From the NCBI RefSeq assembly GCF_006345805.1, contig NC_043006.1, positions 95,914,001-95,978,000 on the forward strand: a stretch of DNA of 64,000 bases, written 5' to 3'. The notes under the pieces were generated by a model. The model ran no database searches and was not told the origin of the DNA. It worked only from the letters and a program-made list of their open reading frames with translations. Made by a program: the position numbers and the translations under genes. This document shows, piece by piece, positions 51,809-64,000 of the stretch. Numbering within the stretch: position 1 is the first letter of the stretch; each line of letters opens with the position of its first letter. This stretch comes from Octopus sinensis (taxonomy: Eukaryota).

Positions 51809-54789
51809 AGGAAATATTTTTTTCTCTAATATTTCTGTATTTAATATTCATGCGATGGAGTATTTGGCATTAATTGGAAATGAATCAAATTTTGACGTGA
51901 AGCATGAAGAAAAAAGTTATAAAAATCTGTTGGCGTTTAATTTTGAATAATTCATTTCCAACCATAACTAGGCCCCGCTCTAACCTGTTTGTCAATCAGT
52001 CTATACATGATATAATTGTCCATTCATGTTGAAACATTTTCCAATGCATTCACTTTTCACCTATACAATACCCGAACTGGAATTCGCAAACAACAACAAC
52101 AATAATACTAAATAAATAAATAAAATTATTTTTTAAAGTGTCAGAATTTACAATCTCTCAGAATAAAATGGTCGTAGTGACATCAGATATGTGTACCTGT
52201 GTTTATAAGTGTGCGTGCGAGTGCGATTGTGAGAGTGTGTGTGTGTGTGTATGTGTGTGTGTGTGCGTGCGTGTGTTTATGTATGTATGTATGTATGTAT
52301 GTATGTATATAATTTCCTTTATTTTGCTCTTTTACTTTTTCAGTCACTAAGGCTTAATTTTCATTCTCGTATTTATTTTATGGCTTCTATGTGCTGAACC
52401 GCTAAGTCATGGGAACGTAAAGAAATCCGCGTCAGTTGTGGAACAGGAGTGGGAGACAGACACAAACACAAAGATACATATATGCATGCATAAGTGTGTG
52501 TGTTTGTGTATGTGTGTGAGTGTGACGGGTTTCTTTCCATTTCCGTTCCCTAAATCCACTCTCAGGGCTTTGATCGGCCCGGGACTATTGTTGGCGACTC
52601 TTGCCCACGGTGCCCAGTCGTGGTATTGAAACCGAAACCATCTGCCTGTGAAGCAAACTTCTCACGACCTAGCCATGGTTGATAATTATGTGTGTCTGTG
52701 AGAATTTCTCCTTTGTTTCTTATCGCTTTTACTTGTTTTGGTTGTTTGACTGCTGCGGCCCGAATGGGCAACGCCTTGAAGGATTTCAATTCTTCACTTT
52801 TGTTTTTACTTTAACAAAGAATTGTTAGTGTACGCTGCCCGAATATAAACATTCGAAGTAGTACCAAGGAAACTCTGCTTTTACTTGCTGTAATTTTTCT
52901 CAAAAAGAGACTGTCATGTAGCAACCTATTACAGAGACCCACACTAATAGGTTAACCTGAGGACTGCAGTCTGACAAATTACTTTTCAATCTTTCAAGTT
53001 ACGATGGTTGAGTAATACGACGTTTTAATTCCTCCTCTCTTCAACGTATTATAATTTTGGAAAACCCGAACGCTTGATTGACAATTTTTCTATCTGCCGT
53101 CAGAAGCTATTATCTGGGATATGTCACGAAATGTCTTCTCTCAGCTGATTATTATTTACTCTGTAAGCATTAGATCTTCCATTTTGTTCCTATTATTCAT
53201 TAAATTTAATGGTATTTAGATACCGAATTTGACGCCATAAAGACGCACTGGTATAGTAGACGCACCCTATTTTGACCAACGCATATTTAGAGTTTAGCGT
53301 ATTGAAGCATGTAATATAGCCACAACTTCGCATAAAAGATCTGATGGCAATTTGAAGACATTTTTATGGGAATGTTACTTAGTCGCCAAAAAATAAGTAC
53401 ATTAATGATTTTATTCAAGATAATTAGAAACAGATCAAATAACAAACGTTCTCCCTCTTCTTCCCTGTGCTCCGCACGCGTTCTCTCTCTCTCCCTCCCT
53501 CTCTCTCTATCTATCTCTCTTAATGAGTATGCCGGTAGATGGTGGTAGTCACAAACTCGCGATACCATTGATGTCGAGACTATCATTATGTTGACTCCGG
53601 GAGTTACCAATAGTAGTTTCCCGTTACACTTCATTCGTATATTTACAATTTATTTCACTGATCATACCCTTGAAAGAGTGGGCCCAATTAACCATTTTCC
53701 AGGGGTAGAGATTCTTGTGACGTTAAGGCATATCCAGTCAGCAGTGTACATATGTGATAGTTGTGCAAGGATTCGAGTCTTCTACGCTTAAAACCTACGT
53801 GTCTTGTATGCTTCTGCTACTGGACAACCTGCTGCTCTTTGGACAGGACAGGGCCCTTGGCAGGTATCTCACCACTGGATCAGAGCGTAGTCATGACAGT
53901 AATTCTATTTTCCACAAGACTCCCAAATCCCAATCTGAAGAGTCAAAATCGGATGCATTTTAATGTCCAACCCATTGCACAATTGCGAATATTCAAAGTA
54001 CAAAACCCATTACTACATCAATATTTTTATGTATTCTCTAGCTAAAAGTTCTGCGTCACAATGTACGTTACTAAGTGGATATTTATTAGACAGCCGTTAT
54101 GTACAGTTAGGGGCTTATCGTATCCACGGCAACTAAATTACATCGGTTAAGTGACTTCACTCTCAAACCGACCAGTTGTGCAGAAATGTAGAAACAATTT
54201 CAGTGCAGAAATGTAGAAACAATTTCTCTATTGAGCACCAATGGTTTAGCATTGTGATTATAATTTCAACTATATACCATCGAAGTTCAAATGCTGTGAA
54301 GATCAAATTTGTCTATCATCCTTTCAAGATCGATAAGATACGAACCAAGTCTCTCTCTTTCTCAATATTCACTCTCCTTCGCTTCATCTGCTTCCCTGGA
54401 GGGAACTGCTAGTGTTCAAAACTGGACAAGGATGGGCTTCCTCGGGTTTAAAATGCTCAAAGACAAACAGTGTGTCAAACAGCGCATCTACAAATCCATC
54501 TGGAATTTAGTGTCAAATGAAGAAGAATTTTCGAGATGAATGGGATGTGGTATGCACGCAGTTCTGAACGAGATGTACATCGTGTGTAAATTCAAATTTG
54601 TCATTACTACTACTTACCACACTCTTTCTAAGTACAATCAAACTACAATGAGGTTGGTGTTAGTCTGAATCGGCAAGATTTGTATTATTTAGTAAAATCG
54701 TCAATAAAATACAGGGAACATGCCATGGGTAGGGGGAATCCGACGTTTTCGGACAGTGTTCTTGTTCGGGCATAGAGACAATAGAGTTT

Positions 54790-54955
54790 TACATTTTTTT
54801 CTGTCCTTACGTTGTCAGTTCAAATGGCGCCGAGGTTGACTTCGCCTTCCGTCCTTTGTGGTGCCCATAAAATAAGTACCAGTTGAACACTGGGGACGGT
54901 GTAATCGATCACCTCGCTCGAAATTACTGGCCTTGAGCCAAAATTTAAAACCAAT
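54790..54955 (+). mobile_element. SINE fragment (29865 family)
   Basis: GTTCAAATGGCGCCGAGGTTGACTTCGCC..AAATAAGTACCAGT. Confidence 0.7.
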
Positions 54956-55419
54956 ATGTATTTTGAGTATAAAGATCTGTAAAGAGAATATTGGAATTAG
55001 TTTCCTTATAAAATATAAGAGCTGTCTATGACAGTGATGGGTGAACGCTGTCTGGCAACCTGTCTTCTGCGACTTCTCTGCATTTACAGAGTTCATTGAA
55101 ATCCCACAGTGGTTGTCTTCAAATTTTATCTTTCGATATCGATATATTAATTACCTATAAAATGTCATGATCGATAGTATTGAATGTGTTCTATGCCAGG
55201 AAGGTACGACCTTGTACTGCAGCTTGAAAATATTAACTGTTTTCCTAAGAATTATTTATACATGTGTGTGTGTTTGTGTATACATACCTAAACACGCACA
55301 TTTACATATATATATATAACATTAATATATATATATATATATATATCTGTCTGTGTGCGTGTGCGTATCTAGAGATATACACATATAAAGAGAAAGATGT
55401 AGACAGAGTAAGAGAAATA

Positions 55420-55476
<57 letters not shown>

Positions 55477-56064
55477 TATATATATAAAGAGACAGATAGA
55501 TAACCAAATATATCGATGTGCAAGTATGTATATGCGTGTGTGTGTGGGCGTATGTGTGAGTGCATGTGCGTATAAATATATGAGTGTATGTGTGTTTGTG
55601 TATATATATATAGGAATGGTTTTTGGTGGGGATGTTGAAGACCGGGAGCAGGTGACGGAAAATTGATCGGTTCGAAATGTAGTTGATCTAAGATGGTTGT
55701 AAAGTATTTGAAACACGAAGAATCAAGCGCTCCATTTGTAAACAGGACGTCACTTGAATCTCAAACACTTTTTAGCCTGAAAATTATGGGAACATCTGCA
55801 GAAGGGTCTGCTTATCTAAAGCCGGACTTGCTGGTCACATTTAGATCTCATGATAGCCGGTATTAATTGAAGAGATGGCCTTCTTCTGTAACATGCATAA
55901 ATACATACACATATATGTATGTATTATATTACATTATTTTATATTTGTGGTAAGATATAATGTTTTTCTTCCTCAATATATAGGCTATATTTTATTATGA
56001 TAAAACATACTTGGAAGAGGATGCGTGGCATTCAATCACATGATAATATAAATAAGATACATAC

Positions 56065-56121
<57 letters not shown>

Positions 56122-56158
56122 GCATATATACATACGTATACGTACACACATCTACACG

Positions 56159-56213
<55 letters not shown>

Positions 56214-56234
56214 ATATGTACACACATCAATACG

Positions 56235-56276
<42 letters not shown>

Positions 56277-56279
56277 ATA

Positions 56280-57597
56280 AGAGTAGATCGTATACGCGTG
56301 GGTATATATTTGTAAAAAAGAAGTTTGAAAACGCCACTATATTGGATAAATTTTAATTTTCTTATGAATTTTACATCTTTCGGTTCTTGAAAGAACGAAC
56401 CTTATCAAAAATATTATAAAAAGTGTAATGGAGAATAAAAGTGTAATGGAGAAGTTCATAATCGTTTCTAACTGGTCTCAATAGAATCCATGTTCTTGAA
56501 AAAACGAACCTTATCAAAAATATTATACAAAATGAAAATTGAAAAGTTCATAATCGTTTCTTAGTGTTCTCAATAGAATCCATGTGGTGGTGGTTTGTCG
56601 GTAGTTGGTATAATCACTATATTCCTGTTGAGTGTATTGAAGAAGTCCATTATTGTTTCTTGCTGGTATTAAAAGGAACCGCTTTTTTGTTACCTTGTGT
56701 TCCAATGGTAGCAACAGTAGTGATTGTTGGTCGTAGTAGTTGATCGTAATTTTGGTAACCTTGGTGGTGGATGGGGTTAGTAGTAGAAGACTGTTGATCG
56801 TAGCAGCAAAAGTGGTGGGTTCACTGGCACTGTTCACTGACGTCACATAATTCCAAACCAATCAAAACCAAACTTCAACGAATACAAGGTAAAGACCCCC
56901 AACTGTATCCTGTAAGGAAACCAACCAAGTAGAACGACAAGCTTGACCACGAAAGAAAGACGTCATCAATTTCTTAACGAATCAAAATCAGTTCTGACCC
57001 ATAACTGTATCCTGTAAGGAAACCAACCAAGAACGACAAGCTTGACCACGGAAGAAAAACGTCATCAATTTTTAACGAATCAAAATCAGATCTGCTCGCA
57101 GAAAAAATTTTTCTTCATAAATTCATTTTTCCCTAAAACATACCACTGCAAGCGGGAGTGACTGTTTAAAGATCTGAGAAATTGTAATTCCACAATTGTA
57201 ATTGTGGTAGAATTTCATTTTTCCTTTTCGGAAGACCAATGTTTTGTTTTAATATTCCTGGCCCAGGGTGTTCAAACTTGGTCTAAACTTTTTGATGAAA
57301 TAAAGTTCTTTATTTTGGCGTTGGGTGAAGGTTACGCTCTCACTGAATTTGTAAAGTGGGTAAGTTGTAAATTTCGGATTTTCATTTGTAGCACATCTAT
57401 CTATGTGTCCGCTGACCGGTATTTTCCAGTATTCAGGGTTTCTAATTTGGGATTTATGCACCACCATCCTTTTACGTAAGCTATTTTTTGTATGGCCTAT
57501 ATACTGCCTATTGCAGCCTGCGCATGTTAAGACGTAAATTAAGTTTTCTGATGCACAGGTGAAGTTTGTTCTAATGGTGAAGTGATGGTCTTGCTTT
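56280..57597 (-). mobile_element. Penelope-like element 3' part: GIY-YIG endonuclease plus 3' UTR/pLTR
   Basis: FTCASENLIYVLTCAGCNRQYIGHTKNSLRKRMVVHKSQI..HIDRC..KELYFIKKFRPSLN. Internal duplications 56902-56990/57003-57089 and near 56385-56580. Confidence 0.88.
56368..56412 (-). ncRNA. Minimal hammerhead, U3-A8 core variant
   Basis: ATTT TTGATAA GGTTC..GAACC GAAAGATGTA AAAT. Confidence 0.6.
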
Positions 57598-58879
57598 ATA
57601 TATATATAAAATATAAATGAGAGATAAAACCATCATTATGCAACTGAAACAGACATAAACCAATACATAAATAACTAAAATGAAATAAAAATTCATTTAT
57701 CTGCTGCTAAAATGCTTATACATCTTTGGGAACACGCTTTATATGTCAGCACATGTATATACAAATGTAGATACTTCCATGGGGGAATTCAACTCGTGGT
57801 CGTGTTAGACCACTTCCTAAACCCACTAAATCAATGTAATTGTTTCAGGAGTCCAAGAAGTTTCTATTCGCGAAATAGTATTGAGTGGATAAAGTGTTGT
57901 ACAACACTGGACCAACTTTTCGGCGCAAACATCTATAACACAGGTGGCACAACAGAGGTGGAGGCGACGTGGAACCGGGTGCACTTCAGGAATTTTTATA
58001 CGAGTTTACCTTCTCCTAGAAAGAAGAACTAGAAGGTCCTTCATTCTCAGTGGGTCATATACTAGTTGATCCATATCTGCGACTCTGACAGAAGCTGCTA
58101 CTCGAGGTCAGAGTAGACCGGGAACAACAGTGGTTAAGAGATGACTCCACACTCCTCGAAAACCTGGGACTTCCGGATCGGGACCCTACAAGCGGATACA
58201 TTTTAAACTCACACCCAGGGACACTGTGTATACATACACAGATGTATACATACACACATACATGCAGACAGACAGACAGACAGGCATGCATGAAAGCCTA
58301 TATACATACATAAACACACACATTCAGACACACACATACACAGATACAGAAAGATAGATGTACAGACATGAATACATACATACATAAGTTCATACATTCA
58401 TACACACGCATACATTTATACACACACATGCAAAAACATGCAAACAGACTAACATACAAGCATGCATGCATGTATACATACATAAACACATACATTTATA
58501 CACACATACATATACAGACACACACACACATACATACATGATACATACACACAGCCACATATATACATACATATATACATACATAGAGAGATACTCTACA
58601 AGTTCTGGAGCAGACTGCCTTCGTCGTTGATGATATTGCAGATGGAGACAAAGCAGCCTCTATGAAAAAACCAACTGATTCATTGATCAAACGATTGGCC
58701 AACCGTTCACCTAGTCAATTACTTAACTAGTATTAGTAAAGAGAACTAAAATATAAGCATTGATTGTGTTTTATGGGATAAAAAATCTGAGAATCATTAA
58801 CGCACATCTATCTATGTTTTATATATATATATATATGTATGTATATATAGACACACACATATATATGCATATATATATA

Positions 58880-58925
<46 letters not shown>

Positions 58926-59210
58926 TATATATACATATATATATAATCATATCAAAGGAAATGGAATTTAATTAAAATTAAAATATTCAATCAAAATTTA
59001 CATTTCCAGTGGTCTAACGTGCAAAAAAAATTAGTCAAGAAGACTATATATATTAGTCATACGATATAGTGTATATTTATACACATAAGGAATTCACTTA
59101 ACGTGAATTCAACACATTAGAAAGAACAGCTAAGTTCTGTAAACCACAACAATAACGGATAAAATTGGACAGGAATAAATTTGGAAATGAAAAAGATTTA
59201 CCATCTAGTA

Positions 59211-59286
59211 CCCTGGACCAATTGGTTTCTGATCATGTTTTACTGAGTCAGGGGGAACTCACAAGGTCTGATTTTCTTCAGCAAGG
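59211..59286 (-). ncRNA. Type I hammerhead motif
   Basis: Reverse complement of the 59695-59770 motif. Confidence 0.7.
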
Positions 59287-59694
59287 TTCAACCTAGGGTT
59301 AAACATATCCAACAGGGGACAAACAAGGCTACTTGTCTCGTGTTCATACGAACTAACTTTTCAAATTTTACTGCGCAGACGCAGTCCATTCGCTGGCTAC
59401 AATGAAAAACCGCCAACTTTTAACCGAAAATTATCCAAAAACTTACAGTATTTAATCATATCAAAGGGAAATGGAAGTTAATTAAAATTAAAATATTCAA
59501 TCAAAATTTACATTTCCAGTGGTCTAACGTGCAAAAAGATTAGTCAAGAAGACTATATATTAGTTGGCGGTTTTCCATTGTAGCCAGCGAATGGACTGCG
59601 TCTGCGCAGTATAATTTGAAAAGTTAGTTCGTATGAACACGAGACAAGTAGCCTTGTTTGTCTCTTTTTGGCATATTGTTAACCCTAGGTTGGA

Positions 59695-59770
59695 CCTTGC
59701 TGAAGAAAATCAGACCTTGTGAGTTCCCCCTGACTCGGTAAAACATGATCAGAAACCAATTGGTCCAGGG
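59695..59770 (+). ncRNA. Type I hammerhead motif
   Basis: CCTTG CTGAAGA ..ATCA..GAGT/ACTC..TGAT.. GAA ACCAATTGGT C CAGGG: 5-bp stem I, 10-nt palindromic stem III, GUC triplet. Confidence 0.72.
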
Positions 59771-59922
59771 TACTAGATGGTAAATGTTTTTCATTTCCAA
59801 ATTTATTCCTGTCCAATTTTATCCGTTATTGTTGTGGTTTACAGAACCTAGCTGTTCTTTCTAATGTGTTGAATTCACGTTAAGTGGATTCCTTATGTGT
59901 ATAAATATACACTATATCGTAT

Positions 59923-59964
<42 letters not shown>

Positions 59965-59989
59965 GCATATGTATGTATATATATGTATG

Positions 59990-60021
<32 letters not shown>

Positions 60022-60296
60022 TGTATGTATGTATGTGTGTATGCATGCATGTATGTATGTATGGGTTTGTGTTTCTGTGATTGTCCCCCACTATCGCTTG
60101 ACATCCGATGGTGGAGTGCCTATGTCCCCGCAAATTAGCGGTTCGGCAAAAGAGACCGATAGAATAAGTACTAGGCTTACAAGAATAATTTCTGGGGTCG
60201 ATTTGTTCGACTAAAGTTGGTGCCCCAGCATGGCCGCAGTCAAATGACTGGAAGAAATAGAAGAATAAAAGTACATACACACACACACACACACAC

Positions 60297-60346
<50 letters not shown>

Positions 60347-61637
60347 GCACACACACAACACACACTCATATGTGTGTGTCTATACATATAGGCGCAAAAA
60401 CTCTGATGGTACCTGCACTGAACTCCCTCGAATTAAAAATGAAATCAACCTCAGGCGGATTTGAACTGAAGAATATGACGCCGGTGAAAGTAGCGTAACA
60501 TCTGCAGCCGGTTACAATTAATCGACTCTTAACACTCGTGTTTCAACTATTGAACTACTCTTCAAAACTAGTCAATTGAAATACTATTGAGAATGTCGTA
60601 TTTCATTTGTTATTTAATTTAATTTATAACAGATAATATATATCCGAACATCAAATTTTGACCTAGAGCAACAGTTAATTTCTCTACGAGACATGATAAC
60701 GAACCAGTTTCGTTGATTTTTAATTGAAATCATTAAATTCATTTTGCTATTGACCTTCCGAAGTATCATCAATAATGAAACCTCATTGCAATTTTCGTAT
60801 CTGACTACTGTTTTATGCTGATTTGTACCGGCTATATAATTATATATTTCGCTTCAATTCTGTATAGAATTAAATATTAGAACGGCCATATTTTGTTCAT
60901 TGGTTCGGTGACACATAAAATCGCCATTCAATAGGACTACTCAGCGCTTTAACATTCTTGTATTGTCTTCTTCAAACTTAAGCACCGAAATAAAATATCA
61001 TTTCACAATACAGTTGATATCCGGACACAAAGCAGAGCAATTTAAAGGTTTGAATTTCTCCAATTTGAAAGCTTTTAACTCTCTTCTCTGAAACACGAAC
61101 AAAAGCATTATAATGTTGAAATATTCTCTTCCTCCTACACAGAAATTTCCTACAATTTTCGGAAAGCCTCTTTTCAATTCTTCAACGACAAGCAATCATT
61201 TTTATTTGTTTTTTTTTATTATTATTATTTTGGTTCTTTTTCTTCCTTTTCTTCGTTGATAACTAAACAAAGTCACTCCGGCAAATCGCTTTATCATTAG
61301 TTCGTATCACATCTCAAACACTCTTGAAAGTACCGGCAACAATTAGGCTATTAGGCTCGGATCATAATTAAACTTAGAGTGAAACTTTTTTTCCTATTCA
61401 TGATTCAGTCCAATAAGAGATTTTAAGTTGATGTTCATTGTTTAAATTGTTGGTTTGATGTCTTCATTGAATTTCTTCTACATCGTCTTTGGAAAGCGCG
61501 GTATTCTACTCTCAGTCGATCATCAACGTAAGTATATAAAATGCTGCTACAAGCATAGGAACGATGGTCCTTTTACTGACCAGGAGAGCAAAATAATATA
61601 TGCGATGGTTGCGTCTTACGTAACTTTTTCAGAGTTA

Positions 61638-62152
61638 TCTATATATATAAAACTGTAGTTGTGTGAGTGTCTGTCCACTTCGATTTAGATTCCTAACTAC
61701 TGCCAAATTTTAACCAGTTTAACCAAATTCGGGTATCTTATAGTCGTGATTCATATCGAGTCCGTCTGAGTATTAGCGCGCGTCTACGATGAGTCTACGA
61801 TTTTAAAAATAATTTAACATCATTTTTTATTCCATTTTAATGCATAATTTTTCGTGTGTCGATGGCGGCGGAGTTGGCGTCCACGCTCAAACACCTGCAC
61901 CTGTGTTTGCTTCTCCCCCTTCTTCCCTCCCTCGTGAAGCTGTGGGGAAGGGAGTGTAAGGAAATCAACTTTTGTAAAGCGTTGTCAAGGAGACCAGCGT
62001 TCTTTTAGAACAACGACTTCATGGCTTCAAGACACCAAAACAGAAATGGCTAAGAAAGCCCGAATTGGCATCTATAAAAGAAGTAACTCTCTAAAAATGC
62101 TTATATAGTTATTTCCCTTACAAACCCGAGCAACGCCGGGCGATACTGCTAG
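61638..62152 (+). mobile_element. Non-autonomous Helitron
   Basis: Inserted between A and T; 5' TCTATATATATAAAA, 3' hairpin CCCG..CGGG followed by CTAG; no TSD. Confidence 0.85.
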
Positions 62153-62552
62153 TAACATATACAAAGCTGCAGTCTGCATTTTGAATTTATTTAAATAGAG
62201 AAAGTTTACTTTTTAAAGAAAAGGTAAAAGCATCTATCTCCTAGCAAATCATGTGACCGTAAAGGCAGGTTATAATTTACATGAAAGATTAAGAAAGATT
62301 AAAATGAGAGTCAGAGTACGACCACTGAGATTTATCAGTTTCTGCAGATCGTTTTTTGCATTTAAAGATCAAATCCCTTCTTTCGGCGTGAATGTTACTT
62401 TTCATTACAGACTATTTCACTGATAAAAATCATATCAGTTGCTATTGTTGTTGTTGCTGCTGTCATCGTCGTTATAATCGAATACACCTATGATTAAGGA
62501 GTGGAGCCAAAACCGTATCATAGTCTATACAAACCTATTTACAACTACGTTA

Positions 62553-62853
62553 TCTATATATATAAAAGAAACGTTGTGTGGTGTCTGTCTCCTACGATTT
62601 AGATTCCTAACTACTCCCACATTTTGCGGTGCAGTTTAACCAAAACCGGGTATCTTATAGTCGTGATTCAAATCGAGCCCTTCTGGGTATTAGCGCGCGT
62701 CTACGATGAGTCTACGATTAAAAAAAAAATTATCATCATTTTTTTCCATGTTTAATGCATTTTTTTGCTATTATATCAGGGAAGTAACTCTCTAAAAATG
62801 CTTATATAGTTATTTCCCTTACAAACCCGAGCAACGCCGGGCGATACTGCTAG
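62553..62853 (+). mobile_element. Non-autonomous Helitron, shorter variant of the same family
   Basis: Same 5' TC and 3' hairpin-CTAG|T ends; lacks ~210 bp of internal sequence. Confidence 0.85.
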
Positions 62854-64000
62854 TCCAATATAAAGTTGTTTTAAGATGCCAGAGTACATTTCAAGAACGA
62901 TTTTTGTTGCTATTTCTAAGAGAATGTTTGTAAACATCCGTTAAAAATACAATCAGACATACTAACGAAGACATTTTTACATATGTTGCTGCTTTCGCAA
63001 TGTGTATGCTTGCCTTCAAATAAGTTCTACGCAATATCCATTACATTTAGGAATAATGAACGTTTTTCTAAATCTCACCTCAGTATGACCGTTTTTCCAT
63101 GTTTTACTCTGGGTATCATATAGTGTATTCAAGATAAAAAACACTGACGTGAACCGATTTTTCAAATCTCTCCTATATCCTGCTTGAGTGCAGTATATAG
63201 TAGGAATAATCTTATAATAAGTATATTTCTCTGATGTTCTGTATTATTTTATTATCAGTTTCACTTATGGCAGTGTACATTTGGAAGTTTTCACAGTTTA
63301 TACAAGATATTTGAATATTCTTTTATTCTTTGTTTTTATTCTTTTACTTGTTTCAGTCATTTGACTGCGGCCATGCTGCAGAAATGTATCGAGAAATGAA
63401 ATAAACACTGAAGCAAATGTAATTTATGAGCGCCTAAAATGTTGAAAATATTACAGATACCGGCAATACTCTCAAAAGAAAAAAGAAACCTTGTCTCATT
63501 GTCTTCACAATAGGAAATTTGGGCTGAAAATTTGCAAGCAAATTCATCTCCCGATTAGATTTTAGCTTCAGTTCAGCTTATTACCTGGTATCCTCCAAAA
63601 CAACACCCAAGAATATTCATATCTATGTTCCAGTATTTAAAGTCAATCCTCTATACAGCCATAACTTCCCATGGTCATTCACATCTCATTCTCATCTTTC
63701 GTAATCAGTTTCTTTCATTAAACCTCGTCTTTTTTCTTCTCTACCTCCTTTTCCTTCTCTTTTGCTCCCTATTCTCATTCCGTGCTTAATTTTCTATGTT
63801 CACCTCCTGCTTCTCACTCTGTCACTCTTGTTATTCCAAAATATCTGTCATAATGTAAAACTGCCCTTATATACAGAATTAGCTCTATCGTAAAGTATTC
63901 CTCTATGTTAATGAATGTCCAGAGAAGATAAAACAAGATTAAACATTTTACGAGACGAGATGCTTCTTATGTATTCGTCATTTAACCGTGAGAGAAAACG

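Larger units (their letters stand above)
58947..59927. mobile_element. Non-coding PLE-type insertion: ~365-bp inverted arms plus ~105-bp direct repeat
   Basis: Arms 59054-59418 / 59562-59927; direct repeat ~58947-59055 / 59457-59562; flanked by (TA)n. Confidence 0.85.

Noticed and set aside
53590-54560. Possible decayed retroelement coding region
   Set aside because: Composition is suggestive, but I could not identify any diagnostic motif.

Overview
AT-rich, microsatellite-saturated animal DNA. The SINE/LINE make-up resembles octopus/cephalopod genomes (an inference, not verified). I find no supportable host protein-coding gene; almost all ORF-track entries are translations of (TA)n/(CA)n/(TAA)n tracts. 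Transposon content: Penelope-like (PLE) GIY-YIG fragments, two R4/Dong-type RLE non-LTR elements, a Tx1/L1-type RT, a CR1/Jockey-group LINE, a gag-only 2-kb retro-insertion with a TSD, maT (DD37D) and mariner (DD34D) DNA transposons, non-autonomous Helitrons and many tRNA-derived SINEs. The unexpected signal is RNA-level: about 18 minimal type-I hammerhead ribozyme (HHR) motifs from several unrelated sequence families. They include (i) a non-coding, self-complementary ~546-bp monomer repeated 6.5 times in tandem with one HHR per monomer (retrozyme-like, potentially circular-RNA-producing), (ii) a tRNA-promoter + (TAA)n + HHR element with PLE-style inverted 5' ends, and (iii) cores carrying the compensatory U3-A8 swap. 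All ribozyme calls were folded by eye and activity is untested.
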